Notes under the pieces: generated by a model
What the model was told of the DNA's origin: nothing
What the model saw: the letters and a program-made list of their open reading frames with translations, nothing else
Database searches by the model: none
Source of the DNA: a virus
Taxonomy: Duplodnaviria; Heunggongvirae; Uroviricota; Caudoviricetes
Strand: one strand, 5' to 3'
DNA length: 28,652 nt
Virus record (IMG/VR): IMGVR_UViG_2778261122_000004
Span: 1 to 28,652 of that record
Position numbers and translations under genes: made by a program
In this document: positions 8,160 to 19,277 of the stretch, piece by piece
How positions within the stretch are numbered: position 1 is the stretch's first letter
Layout: every line of letters starts with the position of its first letter

Positions 8160-8714
8160 ATGGCAAAGCTCACCGACAAACAAGAGCTGTTTGCCCGTGA
8201 GTACCTGAAAGATCTGAACGGAACACAGGCAGCGATCAGGGCGGGCTACAGCGAGAAGACCGCCAATGAGCAGGCATCTCGATTATTAGCAAATGTTAAT
8301 GTTCAAAAATTCGTTGCTGAACTTAAATCTGCCCGCGTTGAGCAGACGGGTATAGATGCCGCCTATGTTCTTCGTAGATTGGTTGAAATCGACCAGATGG
8401 ATGTGCTCGACATTCTCCTGCAAAATGGTGAGCTAAAACCCATTAAAGACTGGCCTAAGGTATGGCGCACAACGCTATCAGGAATGGATGTCGTGGAGAT
8501 GGTATCCGCAGATAGCGCCGCACTTCTGAAGAAAATCAAATGGCCTGATAAGGTTAAAAATCTTGAGTTGCTTGGGCGTCATGTTTCTGTTCAGGCGTTT
8601 AAAGACAATGTCAAAAATGAAGTGACTGGCGCTGATGGAGGACCAGTCAGAACAGAAATTACCAACTTAACGCCGGAGCAGGCTGCAGAGGCGTATAGAA
8701 AAATGATGGGCTAA
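8160..8714 (+). CDS. terS: terminase small subunit (P27-family-like)
   Basis: 184 aa; N-terminal [16 protein letters not shown].. is typical of this terS family (from memory); immediately upstream of terL. Confidence 0.7.
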   Translation: MAKLTDKQELFAREYLKDLNGTQAAIRAGYSEKTANEQASRLLANVNVQKFVAELKSARVEQTGIDAAYVLRRLVEIDQMDVLDILLQNGELKPIKDWPKVWRTTLSGMDVVEMVSADSAALLKKIKWPDKVKNLELLGRHVSVQAFKDNVKNEVTGADGGPVRTEITNLTPEQAAEAYRKMMG

Positions 8715-8716
8715 GT

Positions 8717-10339
8717 ATGCCGTTACCATTCCCCTTCGATTTTAAACATCCTGATTACCAGATGGTTTTTGAATGGCGGATGGAACGCCTACAGCGCATT
8801 CGCCAGAATCCTGAAATATTGCCCGTGTTGAAGCAGTTTTACCGAACCAATCCGGCTCAGTTCATCATCGACTGGGGCATGACAACGGACCCGCGTAATA
8901 TTGATTATGGCCTGCCGGTGACCATTCCGTTTTTACTCTTCCCTAAGCAGGAGGAGTGGATCCACTGGATTATGGAACGCTGGAGCAATCGGGAGAATGG
9001 TATTACCGAAAAATCCCGTGAAATGGGGCTCAGTTGGACCGCGATCGGACTGGCCTGCTCGCTTTGTCTCTTCAACAAAGAAATGGTTATCGGTTTCGGC
9101 TCCCGTAAAGAGGAATACGTCGACAGCACCGGTGACCCGAAAGCATTGTTCTGGAAGGCGCGCAAGTTCGTGGAAACACTACCTGTAGAGTTTCGCGGTT
9201 CGTGGAGCGAGAAGAAGCACGCGCCATATATGCGTGTTGAGTTTCCTGAAACTGGTGCCGTTATCAAAGGCGAGGCTGGCGATAATATTGGTCGTGGTGA
9301 CCGTACCACGCTTTATCTGGTTGATGAGGCTGCATTCCTTCAGCGTCCTCTGCTGATTGATGCGGCGTTGTCACAAACGACGCGTTGCCGTATTGACCTG
9401 AGTTCAGTTAACGGCATGGCGAACCCGTTCGCTCAGAAGCGTCATGGCGGGAAGATACCGGTATTCACATTCCACTGGCGGGATGATCCTCGCAAGGATG
9501 AAGAGTGGTATCGCAGGGAATGCGAGAAAATCGATAATCCGGTGGTGGTGGCACAGGAACTTGATCTGAACTACAGCGCATCAGTGGAAGGCGTCCTGAT
9601 TCCATCCGAATGGGTACAGGCTGCCGTTGATGCGCATATCAAACTGGGTATCCAGCCAACAGGCAAACGACTTGGCGCGATGGATGTCGCCGACGAAGGC
9701 AGGGACAAAAATGCCTTTTCCACCCGTCATGGCTTCCTCCTGGAGAATGTGCGGGAATGGTCCGGTGTGGGCAGCGACATTTATCAGTCCGTCGAGAAGG
9801 TCTTCGGCTTTTGCGAACAGGACGATCTTGAAGAGTTTCGCTTTGACGAGGACGGGCTGGGCGCTGGCGTTCGCGGCGATGCACGCGCTATCAACGAACT
9901 GCGTAACGCTGCGCGTCGACCGTCAATACTCGCCACACCGTTTCGAGGTAGTGGCGCGGTATTTGATCCGGATGATGAAGCTGTTCGCGGGGACAACGGG
10001 CAAGCCGCACGTCTGAACAAGGACTTCTTCGCTAACGCCAAAGCCCAGAGCTGGTGGCGGTTACGTAAACTTTTCCAGAACACCTACCGTGCCGTGGTTG
10101 AGGGCATGGCCTACAACCCGGACGAAATCATCTCAATCAGCAGTAGCATGGCACTCAAAGATAAACTCATCATCGAGCTTTCGCAGCCGACCTATTCCAT
10201 TAATGGTGTGGGAAAAATCGTTATTGATAAACAGCCTGATGGAACCCGATCGCCAAACCTTGCCGACTCGGTGATGATCAACTATGCCCCAATGAATTCA
10301 GCCCTGAACATCTGGGAGCTGCTAGGGAGACAGGCCTGA
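8717..10339 (+). CDS. terL: terminase large subunit
   Basis: 540 aa; Walker-B-like [11 protein letters not shown]; canonical position between terS and portal; no canonical Walker A seen by eye. Confidence 0.75.
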   Translation: MPLPFPFDFKHPDYQMVFEWRMERLQRIRQNPEILPVLKQFYRTNPAQFIIDWGMTTDPRNIDYGLPVTIPFLLFPKQEEWIHWIMERWSNRENGITEKSREMGLSWTAIGLACSLCLFNKEMVIGFGSRKEEYVDSTGDPKALFWKARKFVETLPVEFRGSWSEKKHAPYMRVEFPETGAVIKGEAGDNIGRGDRTTLYLVDEAAFLQRPLLIDAALSQTTRCRIDLSSVNGMANPFAQKRHGGKIPVFTFHWRDDPRKDEEWYRRECEKIDNPVVVAQELDLNYSASVEGVLIPSEWVQAAVDAHIKLGIQPTGKRLGAMDVADEGRDKNAFSTRHGFLLENVREWSGVGSDIYQSVEKVFGFCEQDDLEEFRFDEDGLGAGVRGDARAINELRNAARRPSILATPFRGSGAVFDPDDEAVRGDNGQAARLNKDFFANAKAQSWWRLRKLFQNTYRAVVEGMAYNPDEIISISSSMALKDKLIIELSQPTYSINGVGKIVIDKQPDGTRSPNLADSVMINYAPMNSALNIWELLGRQA

Positions 10340-11805
10340 TGGCACGAAACAAACAAGCCCTGCGGCGAACTGCGCAGGCCACAGCTGATGGTTATGAGAA
10401 TTTTATTGCCCGCGTAGGGATGCAGACACCTAACCAGCACTCAGCATCCACCTACCGGGCTAATTTCACCAGTCGTAACCGCATGCTGGTGGAATGGTCC
10501 TATCGTTCGTCCTGGATCATCGGCGAAGCGGTCGATGCTATCCCAGATGATATGACCCGCAAAGGCATTCGCATCACTTCGGAAATTGATGCAAAAGATC
10601 GCGGCATTCTCGAATCACAACTGGATGAGTTGCAAATCTGGGATGCGCTGAATGACGTGCTGAAATGGTCGCGCCTCTATGGCGGCGCGGTGGGTTTCAT
10701 CATGATTGAGGGGCAGGCACCAATGACCCCGCTGCGGCTCGAAACCATTGGAGAAGGCAAGTTTAAGGGCATTCTCCCGCTCGACCGCTGGATGATTAAC
10801 CCAGTGCTGACCCGCCGCATTAAAGATATGGGGCCGGACCTGGGTAAACCTGAGTTTTACGATGTGGTGACCACAGCAACGGGAATTCCTGCCTGGCGCA
10901 TTCATCACAGTCGTCTGATTCGCTTTGATGGCGTCACGCTGCCATTCCAGCAGAAGATGACCGAGAACGAATGGGGAATGTCGGTTGTAGAGCGTATCTG
11001 GGATCGTCTTACCGCGTTCGACAGCGCTACTGTCGGCGCGGCGCAGCTGGTCTACAAGGCGCATCTGCGCACCTACAGCGTGGAGAAGCTACGCGAGCTT
11101 ATCGCACTTGGTGGTCCTGCGTATGAAGCGTTGCTGAAGAATATCGACCTGATTCGACAGTTCCAGAGCAATGAAGGCATGACGCTCATGGACTCGCGGG
11201 ATAAGTTTGAAACCCATCAGTACAGCTTCAGTGGTCTGGATGACATCCTTTCGCAGTTTGCAGAACAGATTAGTGGCGCTGTTGGTATCCCACTGGTGCG
11301 GTTGTTCGGACAGTCCCCGAAAGGATTTTCTACCGGCGATGCAGACCTTGCCAACTATTACGATCGGGTAAGCTCGCTGCAGGAGAGACGTTTACGTCTT
11401 CCGGTGCGGCGGATACTGGACATCATGCATCGTTCGGAACTTGGCAAGCCGCTACCGGACGATTTCACGTTTGAGTTTAACCCGCTCTGGCAAATGTCTG
11501 ATGTCGATCGCTCAACGGTGGCGTTAAACACTACCAACGCAATCAGTACAGCGCTGGGTGATGGTCTGATGACACTGAAAGCCGCTATGACTGATTTGCG
11601 AGAAAATTCTGACGTAACCGGCATCGGGGCATCCATTACCGACGAGGACATCGAGAATGCCGAAGATGAAGCGCCGCCCGGCATCGGCGAACCTGATGAC
11701 GAACCGCAGGAACCGTCAGGCGGAAATCCGGTATCGAACCAGCCTACGCAGGATAGCGCGGGCGGTCGGGGACATCGTAAATGGTCACTACGATGGTTCA
11801 AATGA
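10339..11805 (+). CDS. portal protein
   Basis: 488 aa; follows terL with ATGA coupling; acidic C-terminal tail; assigned by gene order and size. Confidence 0.7.
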   Translation: MARNKQALRRTAQATADGYENFIARVGMQTPNQHSASTYRANFTSRNRMLVEWSYRSSWIIGEAVDAIPDDMTRKGIRITSEIDAKDRGILESQLDELQIWDALNDVLKWSRLYGGAVGFIMIEGQAPMTPLRLETIGEGKFKGILPLDRWMINPVLTRRIKDMGPDLGKPEFYDVVTTATGIPAWRIHHSRLIRFDGVTLPFQQKMTENEWGMSVVERIWDRLTAFDSATVGAAQLVYKAHLRTYSVEKLRELIALGGPAYEALLKNIDLIRQFQSNEGMTLMDSRDKFETHQYSFSGLDDILSQFAEQISGAVGIPLVRLFGQSPKGFSTGDADLANYYDRVSSLQERRLRLPVRRILDIMHRSELGKPLPDDFTFEFNPLWQMSDVDRSTVALNTTNAISTALGDGLMTLKAAMTDLRENSDVTGIGASITDEDIENAEDEAPPGIGEPDDEPQEPSGGNPVSNQPTQDSAGGRGHRKWSLRWFK

Positions 11806-12433
11806 CAGTATCACGGAAATTATTGAGGCGCTGGAACGCTACAGTGAAATCATCACCCCCTGGGCGACAAAGGTCGCGGAAAACTTTACCGCCGATATTG
11901 TGCGCAAGAATGATGAGCAGTGGCGTAAACACAGCAAAACCATCAGCCGTGAGCTACGCAATCTGGTAAACAGTGCCCCGCTAGGGCAGGTGATGCAATC
12001 CATCATCGCCGAACAGGTCAAGTACATCAAATCGCTCCCCCTCGAGGCGGCTGACAGGGTGTACGACATCCAGAATCGGGCGATAGAAGCTGTTGTGACC
12101 GGTGGGAGAGCAGAACATTTTGCTAAAGAAATTGCAGCATCGGGTGATATAGCAAAGTCCAGAGCTGACCTGATTGCCCGTACTGAACTTGGACGTGCAA
12201 CCGGCGCGCTGGATCAGGCACGTGCGCTGTCAATTGGTTCGAATGGTTATATCTGGCGTACAGCCGAAGATGGTGACGTCAGGCATTCTCATCGGGAAAT
12301 GGAAGGTAAATTTGTCGAATGGGGCAAACCTCCAACGCTTGATGGCATGACCGGTCACGCTGGCGAGCTCCCGAATTGTCGCTGTTATAAAGAAATCGTT
12401 TTTCCCTTCTTATCCCGCCTGAATCGCAGGTAA
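11657..12433 (+). CDS. head morphogenesis protein (Mu F / SPP1 gp7 family)
   Basis: ATG 11657 with GAGGA 8 nt upstream; central/C-terminal ..ARTELGRATG....GYIWRTAEDGDVRHSHREMEGKFVEWG.. fits the Mu-F pattern as recalled; overlaps the portal 3' end by 149 nt in another frame. Confidence 0.7.
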   Translation: MPKMKRRPASANLMTNRRNRQAEIRYRTSLRRIARAVGDIVNGHYDGSNDSITEIIEALERYSEIITPWATKVAENFTADIVRKNDEQWRKHSKTISRELRNLVNSAPLGQVMQSIIAEQVKYIKSLPLEAADRVYDIQNRAIEAVVTGGRAEHFAKEIAASGDIAKSRADLIARTELGRATGALDQARALSIGSNGYIWRTAEDGDVRHSHREMEGKFVEWGKPPTLDGMTGHAGELPNCRCYKEIVFPFLSRLNRR

Positions 12434-12436
12434 CAC

Positions 12437-13657
12437 ATGAAATATTTTTTCAATACCCGGCTGGGGGAAACCCGCTATCAGCTGGCTGACGGCTCGTTGC
12501 TGTGCAAAGACGTGCCGATAGGACGAACAGGTAAGCAGCTCTATGGTGCTGATGACCTGCCAAAACTGAAACCCGATAAGTTCGGTGAAATAGTCGTCAC
12601 ACGTTCTCCTGAGCAGGTATTTCATCCGGCCACGCTTGCCTCATTCGAAGGGATGAGCATCACGATCCTGCATCCTGAAGATGAAAACGGGAATGTGCGG
12701 CTGGTAAATCCCGAGAACTGGAAAGAGCTTGCTGTCGGGCACCTCCAGAATGTCCGGCGCGGGACGGGTGAGCAGTCTGATTTGATGCTGGCTGACCTTA
12801 TCGTCAAAGACGAAAGCGCCATTCAGCTTATCGAAGATGGCCTGCGCGAAGTGTCGTGCGGCTATGACGCGGAGTATGAGCAGACCGAGCCAGGTAAAGC
12901 CGAGCAGGTCGATATTACCGGAAACCATGTGGCTCTTGTCCCCAAAGGCAGAGCCGGAAATCGTTGTGCAATTGGAGACAGAGACACAATGGCAAATCAA
13001 AAGAAAAACTGGTGGAACCGCATGCGTGCAGCCATCAAGACAGGAGATGCCGACACCATGAACGAACTGGTGGAGTCGGCTCCCGCATCGGTTACAGGAG
13101 ATGAGGGGGATTTGCCGCAGGGCGTTAATCTCAACATCAACCTGTCCCCGCAGCAACCACTACCGGACAAAGCACCAGAGATGGGCGGAGGTCCAACCGG
13201 CGACAGTGATGATGACCTCAAAACATTACTGAAATCCCTGCTGGCTAAGCTGGAAGGAAATGCGACGGGCGATAACGATAATAAGCCTGACGATAATCCA
13301 ACCGGTGACGGCGAGGACGATGAAGAGGAAACCACGATTACTGGTGACTCAGCCTGGCGTGCCGAAGTTATCGTTCCGGGTATCGATCTGAGCCGTAAGA
13401 TGAAACCGACCGCGTTCAAACGCGAGGTTCTGGCTTCTGCTGACAAAACGCTGGTTCGCCAGATAGTCGGTGATGCGGATATCCGCAAATTGCCGAAACA
13501 ATCGGTCGACATGGCGTTTAATGCCGTGTCTGAGATTGCCAAAGGGCGAAACACCCGCGCCACCACCGGCGATGCACAGCGCCTAAACATGGGCATGACC
13601 AGTATCGCTTCCCTGAACAAACAAAACGCTGAATTCTGGGCAAACCGTAAAGGGTAA
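12437..13657 (+). CDS. putative head scaffolding/maturation protein
   Basis: 406 aa; position between head-morphogenesis and capsid genes; C-terminal half is acidic low-complexity (GDNDNKPDDNPTGDGEDDEEE), scaffold-like. Confidence 0.5.
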   Translation: MKYFFNTRLGETRYQLADGSLLCKDVPIGRTGKQLYGADDLPKLKPDKFGEIVVTRSPEQVFHPATLASFEGMSITILHPEDENGNVRLVNPENWKELAVGHLQNVRRGTGEQSDLMLADLIVKDESAIQLIEDGLREVSCGYDAEYEQTEPGKAEQVDITGNHVALVPKGRAGNRCAIGDRDTMANQKKNWWNRMRAAIKTGDADTMNELVESAPASVTGDEGDLPQGVNLNINLSPQQPLPDKAPEMGGGPTGDSDDDLKTLLKSLLAKLEGNATGDNDNKPDDNPTGDGEDDEEETTITGDSAWRAEVIVPGIDLSRKMKPTAFKREVLASADKTLVRQIVGDADIRKLPKQSVDMAFNAVSEIAKGRNTRATTGDAQRLNMGMTSIASLNKQNAEFWANRKG

Positions 13658-13660
13658 AAA

Positions 13661-14167
13661 ATGAATAATGTATTTCTGTACCGGATGCCTGTTGGCATTG
13701 CCGGGGCTGTCTCTCGCCCGCAGGACTTAACCGTCGAACCGGTGGTCCTTAAATCCGATAACGCCTTCGCTGCCTATGGCCTGGCTGGTAAATACGATGA
13801 TGACGGTTTTTTCGTGCCGCTGGCAGATGGTGATACCGCAGACAAGGTGAAGGGGATCTACGTGCGCCCTTATCCGACCACTTCGCAGCCGGACATGGTT
13901 CGCCAGGTGGGGACTGGCAAGAACTTCCCGGGCGACGCCATGAAGCGTGGCTACGTGACCGTTAATCTCGGTTCTGATTTTGATGCCAGCACCATCAAAA
14001 AAGGCGACCCGGTATACGTTGTCGTCTCCACTGATGAATCCATCAAAGTGCCGCTGGGTGGATTCATGTCCACGTCAGTCAGTGGCAAAAACGTGGTGCT
14101 GACCAACGCTGAATTCACAGGTGCCGGTGATGCTGACGGCAATGCAGAAATTTCCTGGAAGATTTAA
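13661..14167 (+). CDS. putative head decoration/cement protein
   Basis: 168 aa, immediately upstream of the major capsid gene; assigned by position only. Confidence 0.4.
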   Translation: MNNVFLYRMPVGIAGAVSRPQDLTVEPVVLKSDNAFAAYGLAGKYDDDGFFVPLADGDTADKVKGIYVRPYPTTSQPDMVRQVGTGKNFPGDAMKRGYVTVNLGSDFDASTIKKGDPVYVVVSTDESIKVPLGGFMSTSVSGKNVVLTNAEFTGAGDADGNAEISWKI

Positions 14168-14178
14168 GGAACAGACGA

Positions 14179-15120
14179 ATGATTACTTTTGATCAGGCAA
14201 CCGTTGACAGCTCTGGTGCCTTTCTCATCGGGGAGCTGGAGCGACTCGACCAGACGCTGAACCTGCCACTGGTGGGGTACACCTGGACCCGCGATATTCA
14301 GTTGCGTGAAGATGTCTCTATCGCAGATGACATTTCCAGCTGGACGAATACCAGCTTCGCCGCTGCGGGTACTGGTGCAAATCCGAATGGCAAAAACTGG
14401 GTAGGCAAAGACTCAACCGCTATTGCTGGCGTGAACGTGGATATCGGCAAATCCGGTAACCCGCTGAACCTGTGGGGGATGGAACTTGGCTGGACGGTCA
14501 TAGAATTGCAGGCTGCTCAGCAGGTCGGCCGCCCGATTGATACGCAGAAGTATGACGGTATGCAACTGAAATGGCAGATGGATAACGATGAACAGGTATA
14601 TGTTGGCGATTCCGCATTAAACCTGAAAGGCCTTGTTACCCTGGACGGCGTGCCTGTCAACAACGCTGCTAAAACGTGGGCAACCTCAACACCGGACGAA
14701 ATCCGCGCAAGCATTAACCAGGTGCTGTCTGATGCGTGGGCCGCTTCCGGTTACTCTGTGGTTCCGCGTGATTTGCTGATCCCGCCTGAGCAGTTTGCTC
14801 TGTTGTCCAGCATCATCGTTTCATCTGCGGGTAACCAGTCCCTGTTGACGTATCTTCAGACCAACACCATCAGCTATCACCAGAACGGTGTTCCGCTGAA
14901 TATCCGCGCGGTTAAATGGCTGAAAGGCCGTGGTGTGGGGAAAAAGGATCGCATGGTTGCGTACACCAACGATAAAAAATACGTCCGCTACCCGCTGGTT
15001 CCGCTTCAGAGCGTGCCGGTGCAGTATCGCGGTCTGTATCAGATCGTCACTTACTACGGCAAGCTGGGTGCGGTTGAGCCAGTGTACAAAGAAACCATTT
15101 CGTACGTTGATGGCATTTAA
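14179..15120 (+). CDS. major capsid protein
   Basis: 313 aa; follows the scaffold/decoration genes; AAGGA SD; assigned by synteny and size. Confidence 0.65.
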   Translation: MITFDQATVDSSGAFLIGELERLDQTLNLPLVGYTWTRDIQLREDVSIADDISSWTNTSFAAAGTGANPNGKNWVGKDSTAIAGVNVDIGKSGNPLNLWGMELGWTVIELQAAQQVGRPIDTQKYDGMQLKWQMDNDEQVYVGDSALNLKGLVTLDGVPVNNAAKTWATSTPDEIRASINQVLSDAWAASGYSVVPRDLLIPPEQFALLSSIIVSSAGNQSLLTYLQTNTISYHQNGVPLNIRAVKWLKGRGVGKKDRMVAYTNDKKYVRYPLVPLQSVPVQYRGLYQIVTYYGKLGAVEPVYKETISYVDGI

Positions 15121-15161
15121 CAGCCACATGGCCCCCTGGCGGGGCCATTAAGGATGACCCG

Positions 15162-15383
15162 ATGGCAAAAAATAATGCAGTAATACACGTACATACCCCG
15201 TTTGTGCTCACGCTTCCCGACGGTTCACGGCGCGAGTTTGTTAAAGGCCGTCATGCTGTGGAGGAAGAAGTTGCCACGCACTGGTTCACTCGTGCGCACG
15301 CGGAAGTATCCGTTGGCAAAGCCACAGACGCGCGTAACGAGGTAAAAAATGCCAAAGAATCAAAGTCTGCCAGCGGTAAGTGA
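15162..15383 (+). CDS. hypothetical small head-associated protein
   Basis: 73 aa, AAGGA SD, no shadow ORF conflict. Confidence 0.45.
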   Translation: MAKNNAVIHVHTPFVLTLPDGSRREFVKGRHAVEEEVATHWFTRAHAEVSVGKATDARNEVKNAKESKSASGK

Positions 15384-15756
15384 TTTTCGCCGCGACTTCC
15401 CGCAGTTTGCTGACCCTGCCAAATATCCCGAAGCGCAAATCCAGTTTCGTCTGAATCTGGCCGATGAACTGCTGAGCGAAAACGTCACCGGCAAAAAGTT
15501 GTTTCCGTACTTTGCCGGGTTGTTCGTTGCGCACTACATGACGCTCTGGGCGGCAGACAGTCGGGCGATGCTGGCTGGTGGTCCGGGCGGTTCAACCAAT
15601 GGTGTTCAGTCCTCAAAGTCCGTGGATAAGGTAAGCGTCAGTTATGACACCAGCGCGACGCTGAATCCTGATGCAGGTTTCTGGAATAACACCCGATATG
15701 GCGCTGAATTTTATCAGTTGATCACGATGTTCGGTGCAGGTGGTCGCCAGCTATGA
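15349..15756 (+). CDS. putative head-tail connector protein (DUF4054-like)
   Basis: 135 aa, GAGG SD; position in the head-completion block; family call from memory. Confidence 0.5.
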   Translation: MPKNQSLPAVSDFRRDFPQFADPAKYPEAQIQFRLNLADELLSENVTGKKLFPYFAGLFVAHYMTLWAADSRAMLAGGPGGSTNGVQSSKSVDKVSVSYDTSATLNPDAGFWNNTRYGAEFYQLITMFGAGGRQL

Positions 15757-16307
15757 GTTTCAAAAGCGGTGTAACAACGAGGGTGGATAACGCTAAGGCC
15801 ATTCTGGATGCGCTCAGGTCGTTAACCAAAAAAGATGTGCTGGTCGGCATCCCTTCGGAAGACAGCGGGCGGGATGATGTTCCGTTTGGTAATGCGGGCA
15901 TCGGTTACCTCAACGAATACGGCTCACCAGAGCAGAACATCCCGCCACGACCTCACCTGGTTCCCGGCGTTAAATCGGCAGAAGAGCAGACGGTGCCGCA
16001 GCTCAAAGTCGCGGCGCAGGCTGCACTTGATGGTAATGCTGCGGGAGCAGAAAGCGCACTCAACCGTGCCGGAACACTGGCGGCTAATGGCGTCAGGCGT
16101 TACATGACCATTACCGGCTTTACGCCGCTTGCTGACAGTACTGTTGAAGCCCGGGCTCGTCGGGGGCGCAAGGGGGCAACACTGGAACTTGCCCGGCGTG
16201 CTGCTGGCGAATCCCCGGGAACCGAACTGGCGAAACCATTAATTGACACCGGGCAATATCGCAGAGCGATTACCCATGTTGTGAGGGATAAAAATGCCGA
16301 CTCTTGA
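15753..16307 (+). CDS. putative virion morphogenesis / neck protein
   Basis: 184 aa, ATGA coupling to upstream gene. Confidence 0.45.
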   Translation: MSFKSGVTTRVDNAKAILDALRSLTKKDVLVGIPSEDSGRDDVPFGNAGIGYLNEYGSPEQNIPPRPHLVPGVKSAEEQTVPQLKVAAQAALDGNAAGAESALNRAGTLAANGVRRYMTITGFTPLADSTVEARARRGRKGATLELARRAAGESPGTELAKPLIDTGQYRRAITHVVRDKNADS

Positions 16308-16683
16308 TGTAACAGATGTGCTTTTTGACCCCGATTTTTGCGACTTCAATTTGTGGGTAACACGCCGTGTGCAAACGGTGGATGAGGACGGGATCGGCAG
16401 CGACAGCGAAGTTAAAAAGCAGTTTGCCGGAGTCGTAACTGTTGATCGCTCTCTGGAAAACCGTCGTATGCAGGCCGGGCAGGTAATCAGTGGTGCAATT
16501 CTGATTGTGACGACTGAGCGACTGACGCAGGGACAGACTGGCCGTGATGCCGATATCGTGACGTATCAGGGCCGTGATTATCGTGTGACTTTCGTCGACC
16601 CGTATACAGCGTATGGTGCCGGATTCGTTCAGGCGCATTGTGAGTTGCTGCCGTTTGATGGGGGAATTCCGGTTGAGCAATAA
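16294..16683 (+). CDS. putative head-tail joining protein
   Basis: 129 aa, overlaps neighbours; position only. Confidence 0.45.
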   Translation: MPTLDVTDVLFDPDFCDFNLWVTRRVQTVDEDGIGSDSEVKKQFAGVVTVDRSLENRRMQAGQVISGAILIVTTERLTQGQTGRDADIVTYQGRDYRVTFVDPYTAYGAGFVQAHCELLPFDGGIPVEQ

Positions 16684-17221
16684 CACCAGCACAGAGCGCG
16701 GATGGCTGATACCAACCAGTGGCGATCCGGATTATGACGAAGCGCTCGACAGGCTGTTAAGCCAGTGGATGCGTAACGTTTCCGGTCTGTCTGCCGGGAT
16801 GGTTCGTCCGCGCTGGCAGAAAGAGCAACCGCCACTGCTACCGGCTGAAACGAACTGGTGTGCGTTTGGGGTTATCGGATGGTCAGGTGATGACAGTCCG
16901 GCATTCACCAGACAGACCGATGATGGCTCTCAGCTCTGGCGGCATGAAACGATTGAGTGTATGGCTTCGTTTTATGGTCCGGCGGGGATGGTGTATGCGT
17001 CCCGGTTTCGTGACGGTATATCTGTACCGCAGAACAACGCAGCACTGAATGCGCTGGGGCTGTCTCTTGGCGATTACACAGGTCTGACTCCCTTCCCTGA
17101 ACTTATTAATCAGCAATGGGTCCGCCGCTACGATATGACGGTGCGTCTGCGCCGGAAGGTTGTGCGCGAGTACGGTATTAAATCGCTGGTGGAAGCACCA
17201 GTCATCTTTTTCGGAGATTAA
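16658..17221 (+). CDS. putative tail completion protein
   Basis: Start ATG 16658 (alternative TTG 16673); immediately upstream of the sheath gene. Confidence 0.45.
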   Translation: MGEFRLSNNTSTERGWLIPTSGDPDYDEALDRLLSQWMRNVSGLSAGMVRPRWQKEQPPLLPAETNWCAFGVIGWSGDDSPAFTRQTDDGSQLWRHETIECMASFYGPAGMVYASRFRDGISVPQNNAALNALGLSLGDYTGLTPFPELINQQWVRRYDMTVRLRRKVVREYGIKSLVEAPVIFFGD

Positions 17222-17224
17222 GCT

Positions 17225-18370
17225 ATGGCACAGGGCTTGCCTGTATCAAACGTTGTTAATGTTGATGTGATCATGTCGCCGCGTGCAGCATCAGGGCGAA
17301 ATTTTGGTGCATTACTCATTCTCGGCCCGTCCACAATCATTCCGGTAAGTGAGCGCATTCGCCGTTATTCTGCCGCGGAAGATATTGGAAAAGATTTTGG
17401 CGTGGAATCACCAGAATATAAGGCTGCGCAGGTGTTTTTCTCTCAATCACCGAAACCTCAGGAGGTTTTTGTTGGTCGTTGGGTGAAAACGAAGGGAGAC
17501 AGCGAACAGGCCACGCCTGAGACGCTGGAGCAGGCTGTGAATGCCATGCTCGATTATACTTCATGGTATGGGCTGGGGATTGCAGACGATGAAGATATTC
17601 CGGATGCAGACTGGCTGAAAGTGGCTGCGGCGATCGAATCCTCTTCTGTAAGCCGTATTCTGGCGATTACGACAAGCGATGAGAAATGCCTGCAGACTGC
17701 ATCCAGCGATGATTTGGCATCAAAACTGAAAACCGCCGGATATTCACGCAGTTTTATTCAATATTCATCGGGTAGTAAATACGCTGCGTTATCTGCATTT
17801 GGCCGGGCATTCACGGTTAATTTCAATGGCAGTAATACCGCGATTACGCTCAAGTTTAAGCAGGAGCCGGGTGTCGGGTATGAAACACTGACAGTCAGCC
17901 AGGCATCGGCACTTGATGCAAAAAACTGCAATGTGTTCGTGTACTACCAGAATGATACAGCTATCCTCCAGCAGGGAGTGATGGCTAACGGCGATTTCTT
18001 TGATGAACGCCACGGCCTGGACTGGTTACAGAATTATGTGCAGACCAACCTCTATAACCTGCTTTATACCAGCACCACGAAGGTTCCCCAGACTGAAGTC
18101 GGTATTACCCGACTGTTATCAAATGTTGAAAAATCACTGGATCAGGCCGTTCAGAATGGACTGATTGCTCCGGGCGTATGGAACGGTGGCGACCTTGGTC
18201 AGTTGTCATCAGGTGACACGCTGCCCAAAGGTTATTACGTATACGCCCAGCCGCTGGATGAACAGGCACAATCAGAACGTGAAGCCCGTAAGGCTCCGGT
18301 GATTCAGGCTGCAATAAAACTTGCAGGCGCGGTTCATTACGCTGACGTACAGATTAACGTTGTTCGCTAA
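17225..18370 (+). CDS. contractile tail sheath protein
   Basis: 381 aa; canonical sheath-tube-chaperone-tape measure order; resembles DUF3383-type sheath proteins (from memory). Confidence 0.7.
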   Translation: MAQGLPVSNVVNVDVIMSPRAASGRNFGALLILGPSTIIPVSERIRRYSAAEDIGKDFGVESPEYKAAQVFFSQSPKPQEVFVGRWVKTKGDSEQATPETLEQAVNAMLDYTSWYGLGIADDEDIPDADWLKVAAAIESSSVSRILAITTSDEKCLQTASSDDLASKLKTAGYSRSFIQYSSGSKYAALSAFGRAFTVNFNGSNTAITLKFKQEPGVGYETLTVSQASALDAKNCNVFVYYQNDTAILQQGVMANGDFFDERHGLDWLQNYVQTNLYNLLYTSTTKVPQTEVGITRLLSNVEKSLDQAVQNGLIAPGVWNGGDLGQLSSGDTLPKGYYVYAQPLDEQAQSEREARKAPVIQAAIKLAGAVHYADVQINVVR

Positions 18371-18380
18371 GGGGAAGTGA

Positions 18381-18821
18381 ATGTCTACCTATTCTTTTAT
18401 GGATGTCACTGCGACGCTGACCGGCCCGACCGGTTCGATTGACCTCGGGTACGGTTCTGCAAGTTCTGAAGAGGGGATTGTGGTTGCGATGGGCGGTCCT
18501 AAAAACACCATGACCATCGGTGCTGATGGCGAAGTGATGCACAGTCTCCATGCAGATAAAAGCGGGACGATTACCGTTAACCTTCTGAAGACATCACCGA
18601 CAAATAAAAAATTGTCGCTGGCGTATAACGCACAGAGCCAGTCTTCTGCCACATGGGGGAATAACGTTATCGTGATCCGCAACAAGGTCAGCGGCGACAT
18701 CATCACGGCACGCAGTGTTGCGTTCCAGAAACAACCGGATAACGCCAACGCTAAAACCGGTAATACGATGCCGTGGGTGTTTGACTGCGGCAAGATTGAC
18801 CAGGTTCTCGGGGAGTTTTAA
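18381..18821 (+). CDS. tail tube protein
   Basis: 146 aa, directly after sheath; GGGGAAG SD. Confidence 0.65.
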   Translation: MSTYSFMDVTATLTGPTGSIDLGYGSASSEEGIVVAMGGPKNTMTIGADGEVMHSLHADKSGTITVNLLKTSPTNKKLSLAYNAQSQSSATWGNNVIVIRNKVSGDIITARSVAFQKQPDNANAKTGNTMPWVFDCGKIDQVLGEF

Positions 18822-18824
18822 TGC

Positions 18825-19277
18825 ATGGAATTCGAAATCAAAGGCGTGAAATATCGCGTGGCAAAACTCAGCGTTTTTGACCAGCTGAAAGTGACCCGCA
18901 AACTTCTGCCGGTACTGGCGGGAATGATGTCAGATTTCGGGAGCATTCGCTCCCGTTTGCCTGCTGACGGCAAAATCGACACCGTGAAATTCGAGCAGTT
19001 AAAACCGGTGTTTGAAACCATGCTCCCGCGTATCGCTGAGGAACTGTCTTCCCTGACCGAAGATGACACCGATGCGATTATTCATCCCTGTCTTGCGGTG
19101 GTGTCGCGGCGTCATATGGACGGATGGGTTCCGGTATTTACCCAGGGCGAACTGATGTTTGATGATATTGACTTGCTGGTCATGCTTCATCTGGTGGCGC
19201 GGGTGGTCGCCGATTCGCTGGGAAATTTTTTGCCTACACCCCTTACCAGCACGACGCAGAGCCTGCAACAGGGCTGA
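18825..19277 (+). CDS. tail assembly chaperone (G-like, zero-frame product)
   Basis: 150 aa, between tube and tape measure; slippery heptamer near the 3' end (see next feature). Confidence 0.65.
   Translation: MEFEIKGVKYRVAKLSVFDQLKVTRKLLPVLAGMMSDFGSIRSRLPADGKIDTVKFEQLKPVFETMLPRIAEELSSLTEDDTDAIIHPCLAVVSRRHMDGWVPVFTQGELMFDDIDLLVMLHLVARVVADSLGNFLPTPLTSTTQSLQQG

Noticed and set aside
10615-11064. 149-aa minus-strand ORF inside the portal gene, and similar minus-strand ORFs at 11358-11801, 12641-13156, 25877-26314 and 27471-27959
   Set aside because: Each is antisense to a plus-strand gene that is better supported by synteny and translational coupling.
12997-13698. 233-aa minus-strand ORF
   Set aside because: Lies entirely antisense to the scaffold gene in a GC-rich region where long shadow ORFs are expected; Ser/Pro/Ala-rich low-complexity translation; no SD or gene context.
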